Notes: a model not told the origin generated them from the sequence alone. A stretch of 64,000 nucleotides of DNA from Octopus sinensis (GCF_006345805.1 NW_021837041.1:1-64000), one strand, 5' to 3'; positions 39,827-53,859 are shown, counted from the first letter of the stretch. Numbers and translations are program-made.

Positions 39827-39877
39827 GCTTCTTCTTCTTCTTCTTCTTCTTCTCTTCTTCTTCTTCTTCTTCTTCTT

Positions 39878-39908
<31 letters not shown>

Positions 39909-39926
39909 TTATTATTATTATTATTA

Positions 39927-40108
39927 TGTAGGTCACTGCCTGGAATTGAACTCGGAATCATGGGGTTATTATCCGCACTCTTAACCACTACGCCATATGC
40001 ACATAGGCATTAGGTTTATAAGCCTTAAATTCACTCCATAATTGCCCACGGGCATATGGCGTAGTGGTTAAGAGTGCAGGCTACTAACCCCAAGATTCCG
40101 AGTTCGAA
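39927..40108. mobile_element. Head-to-head (divergent) pair of tRNA-derived SINE heads
   Basis: 39927-40000(-) and 40050-40108(+): gcatatggcgtagtggttaagagtgc..gattccgagttc(g/a)a (A box TGGCGTAGTGG, B-box-like GTTCGAA). Confidence 0.8.
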
Positions 40109-40290
40109 TAATGATAATAATAATAATAATAATAATAACAACATCGAAAAATATCTTAGGAATGAGAACCTAGGTTCGAAATTTCCCCATGACACCTGAT
40201 GGAAGCTGGGGGGTATATCAGCTGAAACGTTGTGTTAACAACAAACAAGATGAGGACAAATATCCATCAGATGTAAATAATGTAAATAAT
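40050..40290 (+). mobile_element. tRNA head + (TAA)n + hammerhead-containing body + (TGTAAATAA)n-like tail
   Basis: Body 40135-40290 matches the arms of the 48428-49002 palindrome; HHR-like motif at 40192-40235. Confidence 0.65.
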
Positions 40291-40721
40291 ATTAAACTAT
40301 GAAACCCTGAAATATTATTAAACACAGACACCACATTGGTTGATTTATTTGTAATGTAGATCTTTTTATGCGTGATTTTAGTAGAGACCACTGACTTGTA
40401 TTACCCGTACAGACTTCTTAACGAAATAGTAGTTATATGCGTAAGTAATCTAACCATCCGAAAAAATATATTAAGTAATACTCGTGAATAAAACTTTAAT
40501 CAACTGCCGAGCTATTATCATGCTGTTCTCCATGAACGTTGGCTCAAAGAATAAAAAGTTTTGAATTGAACTTCAGCAGACCATTCAAATTAAACAACTA
40601 ACCTCCCCCCCCCCACACACACGTCTGATGTTCCAATTTTCAATATAATGTAGAAGTCGAGTCATTTTTTGAGGAAATGATTCTACAATTCTTTAAAAAT
40701 ATTTTTATCAACTAAGGTGCA

Positions 40722-40877
40722 GGAGTGGCTGTAAGGTAAGTAGCTTGCTTACCAACCATATGGTTCCGGGTTCAGTCCCATTGTGTGGCACCGTGGGCAA
40801 GTGTCTTCCACTATAGCCTCGGGTTGACCAAAGCCTTGTGAATGGATTTGGTAGACTGAAACTGAAAGAAGCCCATC

Positions 40878-40937
<60 letters not shown>

Positions 40938-41125
40938 TTGTGTGTCTCTGTTCCCCCAACATCGCCTGACAACCGATGCTGGTGTGTTTATGTCCCCGTA
41001 ACATAGCGGTTCGGCAAAAATGACCGATAAAATAAGTACTAGGTTTACAAAGAACAAGTCCTGGGGTCGATTTGCTCGACTAAAGGTGGTGCTCCAGCAT
41101 GGCCTCAGTCAAGTGACTGAAACGA
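40722..41125 (+). mobile_element. tRNA-derived SINE, full length
   Basis: Same family as 4343-4764. Confidence 0.85.
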
Positions 41126-41199
41126 ATAAATGAATATAAGTAGTATAGATTTTTTCTAATATATTACGCTGTCACACATGAAATGTCGTATTTGAAAGG

Positions 41200-42110
41200 T
41201 AACAAATAAATGTTTCAAAAGTATTAGAGATCTGATTTAATTAATCAAAGTATTTATGACCTTTACCCAATGTAATATATTCCATCTATAAAAATTGTTT
41301 CATCTTTTGCTGTAATAAACTGTCCGAATGCATCAATTACCTCTTCTCTATTTAAGAATGATATATTGCGTATGAAAAGCTCGAAATGCTTAAATAAGTG
41401 ATAATCAGAAGGAGAGAAGTCAGCGGGGTAGGAAGGATGTTGCAAGATCTCATAATTCAGGCTTTGCCACTTTTGGACACTGGCTTGAGGAGTGTGAGGA
41501 CATGTATTGTCATGGAGCAAAATTGGGCCATCTCTATTCACTAGTCTGGGTTGCTTCTTTTTCAAATTCCCACGCATAAAATCAATTTCCTGGCAATACG
41601 ATGTTTCTGTTACCGTTTTTCCTTGTCGCAAAAATGAATAATGAATAACTCCCTTCGCAGACCACCATACAGTGACCACTAACTTTTTAGGGTGCAATGG
41701 TGTGTTTGGGTAGTGTTTAGGTGACTCTCCTGCATCTAATCACTCTCCTGTTCTCCTGCTCTTGTCAAAGAGTAACCATTTCTCATCACAAGTAATGATT
41801 TGATGCAAAAATGGTCTTTTTCCAGTCAAGAAAGCAATAAAGAACACACTTCGAGGAGTCTGTTCTTTTTGTTTTGTTTTTTTACCCATGTTCAGTTGAT
41901 GTGGAACGAACCTGTCTGTTTTCTTGACTCTTCTAATTTTTTACAGGTATCCAAAAAAAGGTGTTCTGATGAAAGTTTTCGAACCTTTGTTCTCGGATTT
42001 TGCTCAAATAAAGCATTTAATCCATCATGTCGAATAACTGATTTTGGCCTACCCCTTGGTTTATTTTCAAGGCTATCATCTGAATAGGATCTTTGGAACC
42101 ATCTCTGAAC
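41200..42110 (-). pseudogene. Decayed mariner transposase
   Basis: ORF 41263-41697 'HPKKLVVTVWWSAKGVIHY..ILLHDNTCPH..HPSYPADFSPSDYHLFKHF'; upstream WIVTCDEKW-like remnant near 41780-41800. Confidence 0.9.
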
Positions 42111-45100
42111 AGGTCAGATGTCAACAAACCCATTACCAAAGGCTCGCTTGATCTCCTGCGGCAGAGTGACCCGGTTTGTACTCATACAAGAAAGTCTGTC
42201 ATAATTGTTTGGTTGCTATTATTTTCATAACGTACGAATATTTTATACCAATATTGTTGGGAAAGAGAACGAGTCAAGATTAAATGCAAGGGTATACATA
42301 ATTGAGTTTTTAAATACCCGAAATAACAAGTAATTAAAAATGCGATATTTCATGTGTGACAACCTAATACAAGATGCATTCCAGAAGTTTTGAGACATTT
42401 TTAGGAGAGGCCCCAAAAACTGTCATGGATAATTGTAATTTTAGGATATCATTACCATTCATCTAATGAATTGATCTGCACACTTTTGATATTCCAGATC
42501 GAAGGACACAGTTGAAACTGTACTTTAAACACACCTTACTAAACACTACCTGTCAGAGCTGATTAGTTTGCAGAATGCAGTCGGCACCTGAAGACAATTT
42601 CGAAGCTCGCCATGCAGTGCTCCAAACTTCTTATGGGTTAAAGCACCGAGCATCTATTTTTCGTTTGTACAAAAGACCAGGCAAAGCAAGTCCACTGAGG
42701 AGAAGATGGGAGGGGGGGGCTTTTTCAGAAATAAGAGAACCATCTACGTCCACTGTGTTCTTTCTGAGCAGATGGACAACAAAAAATACTTTGTGGAGAT
42801 TTTTAGGACGGTCAGGAAGAGATTTCGTCGCCAAATGCCAGAGTATGTGCACAGGGACAGGGCACCAGTCCACAATTCCATCTGGCAACCAACTACTTGA
42901 CAGAGAGGGGCATCAAAACTGTACCTCACTTTTCCTGCAGCACAGACTGACCTCCGCTCCATATCTGCTGTTCTAATTTGCAATATAATCTAGAAGTCGA
43001 GTAATTTTTTGCTGAAATCATTCTACAGTTTTACAATTCATCAACTAAGGCGCAGGAGTGGCTGTGTGGTAAGTGGTTTGCTTACCCATGAATCTCCGTT
43101 GTCAGTGTGCGCATGTGTCAGTGTGTTGTGCACTGAAGAAGACAGCCGGGAGTGTTTAGCCTGCCAAAAGAAGCTGCTGCGAGGTAAGACTTTTCTCTTG
43201 GACCCAGTGAGGGTCGTTGTCTGTGCTTGCATTTTTTACAAACAAGGAGTCCTCACTTTCTGTGACTTTTGCTTCTCTATGCTGAAGAAATTTATAGAAG
43301 CTGGGATAAGGGTTCGATATACCTTCAATTTAGAGGACTTCTCTGGGCCTTCACACAATGGCTGAGGCGCAACAACATGTGCATTGAAGTCAGATAATCT
43401 TATTTTGAAGCAGATTAAAGTTGTGTGCTTCTTAAATTAATAAATGTCTCTCTTGAAATAGTCTGAAATACCTGTAATGCACCTCGAATATTTTCTTAAG
43501 ATTTAATATTACACAATACTAAATCTTATACAAACTCTTGTTTCTTGCAAACAGGTTGAAATTTAATTAACAAGTCCTACCGCTACCATAATTTTAAACT
43601 CTAATTGCAAAAACTATAACAACTGTTCCTTAAATTCTAATTATTTAGCGAACAATAAGTGTGCTACTGTGAAGTAAAGCTTGGAAATTTTACGAGAGAA
43701 TACATGAGCTTTACTGCTAACATCCTTAAGTCTCTATATAATTAGTATGCTTTTGAGCCTTTTATTCGAAAATAACAAAAAAAACAAACTTTATATTTAT
43801 TTTATGGAATCTAGTCATATTTGCGAATTAAAGAAATTCTGCAACATATTCTAACTCTAAGAAGAAATACGTTCCTTACACCGAAAATACAACACCGTGC
43901 AATTTCTGGCGTGAAAACCCTTACAAAATCCTGTTTGCGAAGGTTTGTATACTTAACAGATATTCGGAAAGGGATGTGCCCTGCCATGATAATATTTTCA
44001 TGCTAATAAATACTTTCAGTTATTTTCTTATTCCCATAGAAAAGTATACGCGATATAAATACTTACCACATTTTAATTAAGACAATTACTATCCTAGAAA
44101 GGTGTCACATTGATATATATCATTTTGCTGGGATAAACTTAATTATCATTATAGTTTTCACCTGTATTTGAAACTAGATTTCTTTACAGAATGATTCTGG
44201 TGCTATCAAAATTTTTTGTACATCTCATAAATTGTGCCTAAACTACAAACGTTACCTTAGCCAATTCCTATCAATATATCCGTTTATCGGTATATTCATC
44301 TCTATTTCTTTCAGTTTTGCACACTGAAAGTCGCTTTGCAACTTTTGACTCATATTTAAATTCGAATTTGTATCTCACCAAAAAAAAAAAACCCCTTCTT
44401 TGGGAATTTGATAAATAGTGTGTTTCCTTCTCTACTTATCATTCTATCCATTAACACACGAATTTTAACCGTCATTGAAATTAAGAAGAGCACATGAAAA
44501 TACGATTATTAATTAATGTAATCACGCATAGCCGTATGAGGATAGCGTCTAAATTAAATGGGAACAAGAATATAACAAATATTTATATACTGAAAAAAAA
44601 AATATTGAAAATATTTGTGTTTCATGAAAAGGTTGTCATGGCACAAAGCATTTTTTCTAAATATTTGTTGCGTATAGAAACCTTAGCGAACTGGATTTCA
44701 TAGACCTCTTTACATCAGAGATTGCATGGTCTTCTATTTTCGATGTGAGAATTAGTTTTAGCAGCAAATTTCCAGCTAAATCACGGTATGCAAGTCCGTC
44801 CGATTACTGCACTATCCAAGCTCGAAAATTGAAGTAACTGACGTATAACACATGTATTCATCAAATTATACGTAACTCTTGTTAGAATGAGGACTTTTGC
44901 CGATCCTAAATGCAAGCGGGCGGTAAAACGCGAATACTGTAAAGAAAGGAAAATAAATTGGCAGAAAACAACGAAAGAATCTCTTTGTTAGCTGTTGATT
45001 TAAATCAAAGAAGTTTCGATATCTTCTGACAGAATCTCACGCCCAGCTGTGTCGGCAGGTTCCATGAAAGTTCGTGGGAATTCTACAGGTAGGCACAAGA

Positions 45101-46399
45101 ATAGGACAAAAACCAAAAACAGAAAAAAAAAAAAAAAGGAAAGCCAAATATGATAAACTCTGTCCAAAATTAGGCGGAAGAATAAGGAAAAGAATGGAGA
45201 AGATAAACAAATGGGATATAAATGTTTTCTAGTCCGTTACAAAAGAATAACACATTGTTTATAAATAGAAACGTATATTAATTCAATTGAAAGTTTTGTT
45301 TTTTATGTATTCTTTCTAAAATGATACAAATGAAATATACTGCCGCATAAATGAATTCCAGGTGGTCAAATTACCTCAAAACATACTTGGGGTTGCCACT
45401 GCAATTAACAAGTAAATTAACAGGTATCTGAATCTCTTTCCATTACAGGTATCAGTTTAATTATTAAGCAAATTAAATTTAAGAGTTATCTTCCTTTGTT
45501 TTCATTGACAAATATTCTCATTAAAGTTAATTACTTATCTTTTCATTTATTTCGTTTGAATTGGTTTAATTTGAATTGATTAAAAAAAAATATCCTTAGC
45601 GTATTTCACTCAGTATGGTAACCTGCACTTAACTGTATGATTTTCTTACTGAAGATACCCTTGAGAACTTTCCTAATATGTATATTACAACACACAGCAA
45701 TACATCTTTAGATAAATTGCTGAAAGTGTTCGATTATATTGAGCTGGTAATAAAGATATCTGGGAAGAATCCATTTAATTGATAAGTGATTGAGCAATGA
45801 TTAGCAGAATACGCCGAAAATCCATATTAAAAACGTAGGCGTGTGGCACACATCAACAACACACAGAATACAGCAATACCAGGAGGCATTGCACGTATAT
45901 TACGTAAATTACTTTCAATACAGCAGCAAGATACAGAAACAAATATAACGAGAGTGTACGGACCCAAGGCACACAAAGCTGTTCTCTGTTTTTCAGTGAA
46001 AAGAAGCAGCTAACAGTAAGAATATTGAAATTAAGATAATAATGACGATAATGATAATGCTAATAATTACCTCGAAGACAACAGATGCTATTCTTTACGT
46101 GTCTAACTAGTATATGTCTTAAACAGTATGATGTTTGCTATAAACATATGTGTAATCTTTTATCTTTTGGAAAGATCTCGAGAGATTAATATTACGGTTA
46201 TCTGCCTTACGCGCACTCTCCAAAAGACATATAAACGAGCGGATTCGGATAGATATGTGTGCGTATGTGTATGTCTGTATGTGTGTATATATATATAGAT
46301 AGGAATGGAAGGATAGATAGATAATACACATTAGTAAACACCAACGAAGATATATGCACATACACAGATACAGACACACGTACACACATATTTCTTTAC

Positions 46400-46931
46400 T
46401 GCCCACAGGGGGCTAAACATAGAGAGGACAAACAACGACAAAGGGAGTCGATTACATCGACCCCAGTGCGTAACTGGTACTTAATTTATCGACCCCGAAA
46501 GGATGAAAGGCAAAGTCGACCTCGGCGGAATTTGAACTCACAACGTAACGGCAGACGAAATACCGCTAAGCATTTCGCCCAGCGTGCTAACGATTCTGCC
46601 AGGTCACCGCCTAAAAAATCCGAAAACAATGCTGCTAATCCCATCGCCTTCCGTGCTAAAGACTGCGAGTTCGCCTCCTTCTCTTTACATAACTAATTTT
46701 AAACGTCAATTCAGTTTTCTCCATGTTTTACCAAGTTTCGTTTATTCCTTTGCTTGTTTTAGTGATTAGACTGTGGCCATGCTGGAGTACTACCTTGACG
46801 AGTCTTATTCGAAGAATCGATCCCAGTATTTATGATTTTTAAAAGCCTGGTTCTCATTCTATCGGTTCCTTTTGCCGAACAGCTAGGTTATGAGGACGTA
46901 AACTGACTAAGACCAATTGCCAAGCGGTGGA

Positions 46932-46968
<37 letters not shown>

Positions 46969-47125
46969 ACACACACACAGAAACACACAAATACAGACAT
47001 ATATATATATGACGGGCTTCTTTCAGTTTCCGTCTACCCAATCCACTCAGAAGGCTTTGGTCGGCCCGAGGCTATTACAGAAGACACTTGCCCAAGGTGT
47101 AACAGTGTGGTACTGAACCTGGAAC
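46400..47125 (-). mobile_element. Two adjacent SINEs (second family 46400-46600; first family 46755-47125)
   Basis: Similarity to 5850-6075 and 4343-4764. Confidence 0.8.
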
Positions 47126-47757
47126 GATATGGTTAGGAAGCATGATGCATTATTTTATCGAATTTGCCATAAAGGTATTCCAGAGTAATGTAGCTTGCGG
47201 GCTGGACAAGGAAATTAATGAGGTGAATGATGATGATAGAAGGATGATAAGGATGGTAGAAGACGAAAAGCGTCCGCCGACTTTTGCTTCTCTAAAACAT
47301 TGTTCTTTTTTAAAAATACTAAATGAGGCATTAAACCTCTTACAATTTTATAACTAAAATCTCCATTACAATCAAAAAGAATTACATCAATGCGTCTTTA
47401 ATAAATGTTCTTGCCTCCTTCAGGCATTCCAGCAGTCGCAAGTCGGGGTCCTTTGCACATTATCTATACTCTTCCTTTGAGAAGGAGTCCATTATGTAAT
47501 AAAGGTTCCTTTCTTCCAGTACTCGAGCAGCCACCAGCGGAGGCCACTCTGGAAGACAAGACGAGTCCATTAGGTAAGGACTATCACAGGAACTTTCTAT
47601 ATAGTTCTCTACGGCCCCTCCCCTGAGATAGAAGATCACATGTTCTTCAACATTTCCACTGGGAGGGGCCTTCTTCTTCCCCCACCTCCGGTGGCTTACG
47701 TTTCACGGAAGGGGTTTCGGAACATGCCGCCGGTGCACCAGCAACCGCCGGTGATGC

Positions 47758-48172
47758 TACTTACCACACAGCCACTCCTGCGCCTATACACACACACACA
47801 TATACGAAGGGGCTTCTTTCAGTTTCCGTTTATCAATTCCATTCACAAGGATTCGGTCAGTTCGAGGCTACAGAAGACATCTGCCCAGTGTATCACGCAG
47901 TGGGACTGAACCCGGAACCATGGGGTTGGGAAGCAAGCTTCTTACCACATCGCTACTCCTACTCTATACACACACAGACACACACACACGTATGCACATA
48001 CTCATATAAGAAGGGATTCTTTTAGTTTCCGTCTACCAATTCCACTCACAAGGCTTTGGTTGGCCTGAGGCAATAGTAGAAGACACTTGTCCAAGTGGTG
48101 CCATGCAGTAGGACTGAACGCAGAGCCATATGTTTCGGAAGCAAACTCCTTACCACACAGCCACGCCTGCGC
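47758..48172 (-). mobile_element. Tandem SINE heads (two complete, one partial) separated by (CA)n
   Basis: Repeated ttaccacacagccac(t/g)cctgcgc and gggcttctttcagtttccgt..cactcacaagg blocks at about 200-bp spacing. Confidence 0.75.
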
Positions 48173-48427
48173 TTAACTCTTTCTAATTTTGATACAAAAC
48201 CATAAATTTCTAGGAGCAGTGTAAGACGATGAAATCGACCCCAGTGCTGCACCGATACTTTATTTTATCGACTCGGAGAGGAGGAAAGACAAAGTCGATC
48301 TTGTTGGAATTTGATCTTAGAAGGTAAAGTGTCGCAAGAAGTACCGCAAAGCAATCTTTGCGATGCTTTAGTAATTCCACCATGTCAGAGTCTTTCATGG
48401 AATACATATTAAGTATAATTTTATAAT

Positions 48428-49002
<575 letters not shown>

Positions 49003-49419
49003 TCATCTCTTAAATATTGATCTGCAGTGAAAAGAAACTTCCAAAGTTTAGTTATTTTAGGAATGACTGCCAATAATTAAATTGACACACGTATTTTAAA
49101 CCGACAGACTCAAAGCAGTGTGTATTCTTTATCTCATGTCACCCAGAAAATACATGAAAAGATATTACTTTTAATTTCACGAAATATATGTTCAGTTTTG
49201 TTTGATATTAACAGCTGGATTTCTAGACTGTAAGGATATCCTCATCAACAGGCATTATCCATAATCCTTGGTAGATTATGGGGGTATAACAAAGCAAGGC
49301 AATTGATGCCCGGATATTGAAAGGAGTAAAACAAAATAACATACCTGGATTGAATATGCTTACCATGTGTCCCAAATTCATCATCACCAAGATCCCTTAA
49401 CTGATGCAGCCAGTCGCTG

Positions 49420-50545
49420 AGATGCTACTCCAGACGCTTTCATACTCAGCCGTCGCCACTTGTCTCTGTTCTGTCATGCGCTGCAGGTTCGCTGTGTTGT
49501 CACCTGTCCAATCCTTGATTTTGTCAAACCCAGACTTTTTGTCTGCCTGCCTCTCTTTCATCCGCCCTCAACTGTTCCCAGAAGAATGGTTTTTGACAGG
49601 GAATTGTGGCGGGATAGAAGACCATACCAGGCAGCCAAGGTGTGGTTCGTTGGTTCGTGTCTGCCAGCGTATTTGTTGATTTGCTGCCTAACCAAAGGTG
49701 TTCATTCTGTGTTCTATGTACGGACTGTGTAGCAGCCTTCTGAAATACTTATTCTCAAATACCTGGAAATTTTGCTCCATGTCAGTTGTAAGAGTCCAAC
49801 TCTTAAATTACAATCCAAGAAAAACGAATTTTACAATATTATTCTTCGAGAAATGCTACAAACACCACCAGGATGATTCGGAATCTACAAACATACAATG
49901 CTAACAACTTAAAAACAGTATTCTTTAAAAATAATGTCGGCAGATTCTAAATTATAAGCATCAGAACAAATAGTCAAAACGGTTTGACTGCCCAAGTGGG
50001 GAATATATTTAAAATTGTCCGAAAGTTTTCAATTCCATTGGAAGCAAGGACAATATTTCAGCCTGCCAATAAGTATAAAGCATAGGTATGTTTCTTGAAG
50101 AAGTGAAGGTGATACTAATGTCCTTTCAACTGTAGGCATGAGGTCTTTTGTTGAAGGTACGACCTCCCTATGCGACACGATGTTGTCGAAAACACAATAT
50201 ACAATGTCATTCGGAAACAACCGTCCTGGGATAACTATAGAGAATTCCCCGGGTATTTGAGCATAAGTGTTTCAGAAGGCTGCTACAGCTTGGCCAGGCA
50301 GCAAATGTACAAATACGCAGGCACCTTGCACAGGTAAAAAGATGAACGCTTGCCTGGCATGGTTTTGTATCCCGCAACAACTTATCCAAAAGCATTCTTC
50401 TGGGCACAGTTGAAGGCGGATGAAAGAGAAGCAGGCAAAAAAAAAAATCTGGGTTTGATAACCTCAAGGACTGGACAGGACACAACACTGCGAGCCAGCA
50501 GCGCATGACAGGGGACAGACAGAAGTGACAACGGCTGACATAGAC
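49420..50545. mobile_element. Two diverged RTE-clade LINE 3' fragments in opposite orientation (49420-49790 minus; 50230-50545 plus)
   Basis: Plus copy translates 'RRTLAWHGFVSRNNLSKSILLGTVEGG*KRSRQKKKIWFDNLKDWTG', resembling the RTE C-terminus. Confidence 0.75.
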
Positions 50546-50639
50546 ATCAACATATGAAATATTGGTGGAACATTCCCGTCGAAACCTCTACCAAGTGCCA
50601 ACATAGCTATTTAGGATTGACGCGAAAAAGTATGTGCTG

Positions 50640-51225
50640 TCATAAAGGGCAGCTGTACAACCGATGTGAACCATTTCTTTGAAAATCAAAGAGAGACTAC
50701 GGATAATTACGGACAGCTGCTTCGAAAACTTTCGTTTCTATACCCAGATTTTAAATTCATATTTATACCAATAATAATTGATGCACATAGTTTTTGGACG
50801 AAATGCTTAGCGGTATTTCGTCTGCCGCTACGTTCTGAGTTCAAATTCCGCCGAGGTCGACTTTGCCTTTCATCCTTTCGGGGTCGATTAAATAAGTACC
50901 AGTTACTGGGGTCGATATAATCGACTTAATCCGTTTGTCTTCCCTTGTTTGTCCTCTCTTTGTTTAGTCCCTTGTGGGTAGTAAAGAAATAGGTTTTGTG
51001 AGTAAAACACCTAACAGAAGCTAGAGTTTTCAGAAAAAGAAGTCAACCCGCAAACACACGCATTAAAAATACAATTACTAAAAGGAACATTAAATATATG
51101 CAAGACTTTCTCAAGTTCACAATTAGAATTTGTTTTTATTATCTGCATTCCAGAGATGGAGCTTTGTATATTTGTTAGAAACCAGTTCCTTCCTTACAAC
51201 AAGATTTCAAATAATTAAAAACTAG
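50640..51225 (+). mobile_element. RLE-LINE 3' fragment interrupted by a SINE (50800-50992)
   Basis: 'RETTDNYGQLLRKLSFLYPDFKFIFIPIIIDA' upstream of the SINE; 3' UTR ttagaaaccagttcc..caaga..aaataa resembles 27595-27645. Confidence 0.6.
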
Positions 51226-52939
51226 CGGGACCCATGAATATTTCACAGAATTAATGGTAAACTTATTGGGTTATTCTTGGAAACCTTATCCCAAAACCCT
51301 GAAAACGTAGCCTGTGTTGATTCTGTATGAAAAGACAGTCGTTCATCTGCTATTCATTGAAAAGTGAAGGATATTAGAATACGATGATTACTTAATGCAC
51401 TTTATATATTCATTTTATATACTCTATGCACAATTTTATAGACTTAATACACAGCACTCATAAAATAAATATTCACGCTTATTTTTCCATTTTCCCCATA
51501 AAAAATGTATGATGCAGCCTATCTGTCACGTAAATAAACGTGAAAATTTCACGGAATTGCACTTATGCGTGATAGGTGATATGAAAAAGATTTAGTTCAA
51601 TTAAAAACAAATATACTTTTCACTATCCAATTACCACCGCTATCTCCACCACTCTCATCAGCTCCCTCCCCCTCCCTCCCTTCCTTCCGTCTCTCCCTCC
51701 CTCCCTCTCTCTTTCTCTCTCTCTCACTCCTCTCTCTGTGCCTTTCTTAAACTCACCATCAGGACAACACCCCTCTGCTAAGATTATATTTTAAACTCTC
51801 CACTATATCATCACTAACTTCGACAAATATTTTTTAAACCACGTAATAAATATTACCTTCCCCCTATCTCACGTCATGTACGCTTCTCTCTCCCTCTTTT
51901 CCTTTCTCCGTTTTATCTCTCTCCTTTTTCTTTCACCCTCTTTTCTTATTTGTTTCACTCTTTGCTCTATCCTCTTTTTCTCTCTCTTTTTTTCTTTTTC
52001 CTCTCTTTCCCTTTAACTAATCACGTGAAAGCGTTACAATTACATTCCATCAACCGCACGTGATGGACACTTCTCTCTCCCACTTTTTCGCTCTCCCTCT
52101 TTTTCGCTCTCCCTCTTTTTCGCTCTCCCTCTTTTTTCTCTCTCCCTTTTTCCTCCCCCCTTTTTCCCTAATCACGTGAAAGCTTTACTGACGGACTAAG
52201 TAATGCAATAACAAGCAGAATTATTATAAGATAGGAAAGAAAATACATACGTACGTACGTGCGTGCGTGCGTGCATACATACATACATGACTTTCTCACC
52301 TGAAAGGCGTGCACATTCGTTAGTGGACAGGTTGTTTTGCCAAGGTTAAAATTATTTGTAGAAAACTATTGCGAAATGTCATAAAATAAATAGAATTCCC
52401 AGCAGGGCGTCTTCTTCTCCCCTACACTGTTACATCGGAGGGAATCTAAGATACGGGGCCCTACAGAAAAGCAAGTTTCTTTGTTCCCCGCTGGCTGGCA
52501 TCGGCATTCCTTCGAGCTAGCTTTGTCGGTTTTTCATCGAAATATAGATGCAGATAAGATAGAGCTTATCTTTTCAGAGTACCGACCGTCGAATATAAAA
52601 CATAACAAGCAAAAAACGAGTAGACGAAACTTATCACAAAATATTTAAACAAATAAATATACAAACACACACATACACACGTATGTATATATGTGTATGT
52701 TTGCACACACACACACACACACACACATACACAGATACATATAGCTGTGTGTGTGTTTGTGTGTGAGTATATTGGAATATGTGTGTAGTGTGTGGGTATA
52801 AAATCGTAAACAGCTTCATAAGTGACAGCTAGGAAGTGTGATGAAGAGGTAATGGAAACCTTGGAGCAATATTAGAAACGGTTTTCAATGTTCTATATGT
52901 GTATGAAAATATGAATATCTATCTATCTATCTATCTATC

Positions 52940-52970
<31 letters not shown>

Positions 52971-53018
52971 GTCTGTCTATCTGTCTGTCTGTCTATCTGT
53001 CTGTCATTCGGTTTGTTG

Positions 53019-53067
<49 letters not shown>

Positions 53068-53070
<3 letters not shown>

Positions 53071-53735
53071 TTGGGGAAAACCACTATTATGTAATTCAAA
53101 CAATGATAGACGTAAATCATACCATATAGAAAAAATAAAATATATGATAAAACATTTACCTAGATCACAATAAAGTACATAATAATAAACAGCATATAAT
53201 TAATAAATAGACTACGTACGTTTCGTGGCTATATCTTCAATACGAATTAAATTAAATTTAAATTTAATCGATCCAAAAACAATTCAGTTTAAAAGTATAT
53301 TCACTCCTCAGGTCAACAATAATAACAATAATAGTTAAATAAATACTTATTTACAATAAAATATCAAACAATAAAATTTCTTCTATAAGAAGAATCATGT
53401 TTTTATTTCTTTAAGAAATATTGTTTAATGCTGTTTGATTATTTATTAAAAATATGTATTTATTTAACTATTATTGTTATTATTGTTGACCCGAGGAGTG
53501 ACTATACTTTTAAATTGAATTGTTTTGGGATCGATTAAATTTAAATTTAATTGTAATTCGAATTAAAGATATAACCACGAAAGGAACGTAGTATATTTAT
53601 TAATCATAAAATGTTTATTATTATGTACTTTTTCGTGATCTAGGTAAATATTTTATCATATATTATATTTTTTCTATATGGTATGATTTACGTCTATCAT
53701 TGTTTGAATTACATAATAGTGGTTTTCTCTAATTT
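53068..53735. repeat. ~670-bp (TA)n-flanked palindrome; each arm contains a long-stem-II hammerhead motif
   Basis: 53068-~53380 is the reverse complement of ~53415-53735 (about 85-90%). Confidence 0.9.
53210..53314 (-). ncRNA. Type I hammerhead motif with ~85-nt extended stem II
   Basis: GAC CUGAGGA GUG [irregular AU-rich hairpin] CAC GAAA CGUACG UA GUC. Confidence 0.6.
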
Positions 53736-53822
53736 ATATATATATATATATATAATGTACACACACATACACATACACGAACACACAGACATACGCACAC
53801 GCACCCCCCCACATATATATAT

Positions 53823-53859
<37 letters not shown>

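Noticed and set aside
43009-43365. 118-aa Cys-containing ORF (CLAC..CDFC)
   Set aside because: Starts inside a SINE head, Cys spacing fits no family I recognise, and no splice support was found.
47400-47750. GC-richer block with short ORFs
   Set aside because: Stops in all plausible frames and no recognisable motif; probably an old TE fragment.
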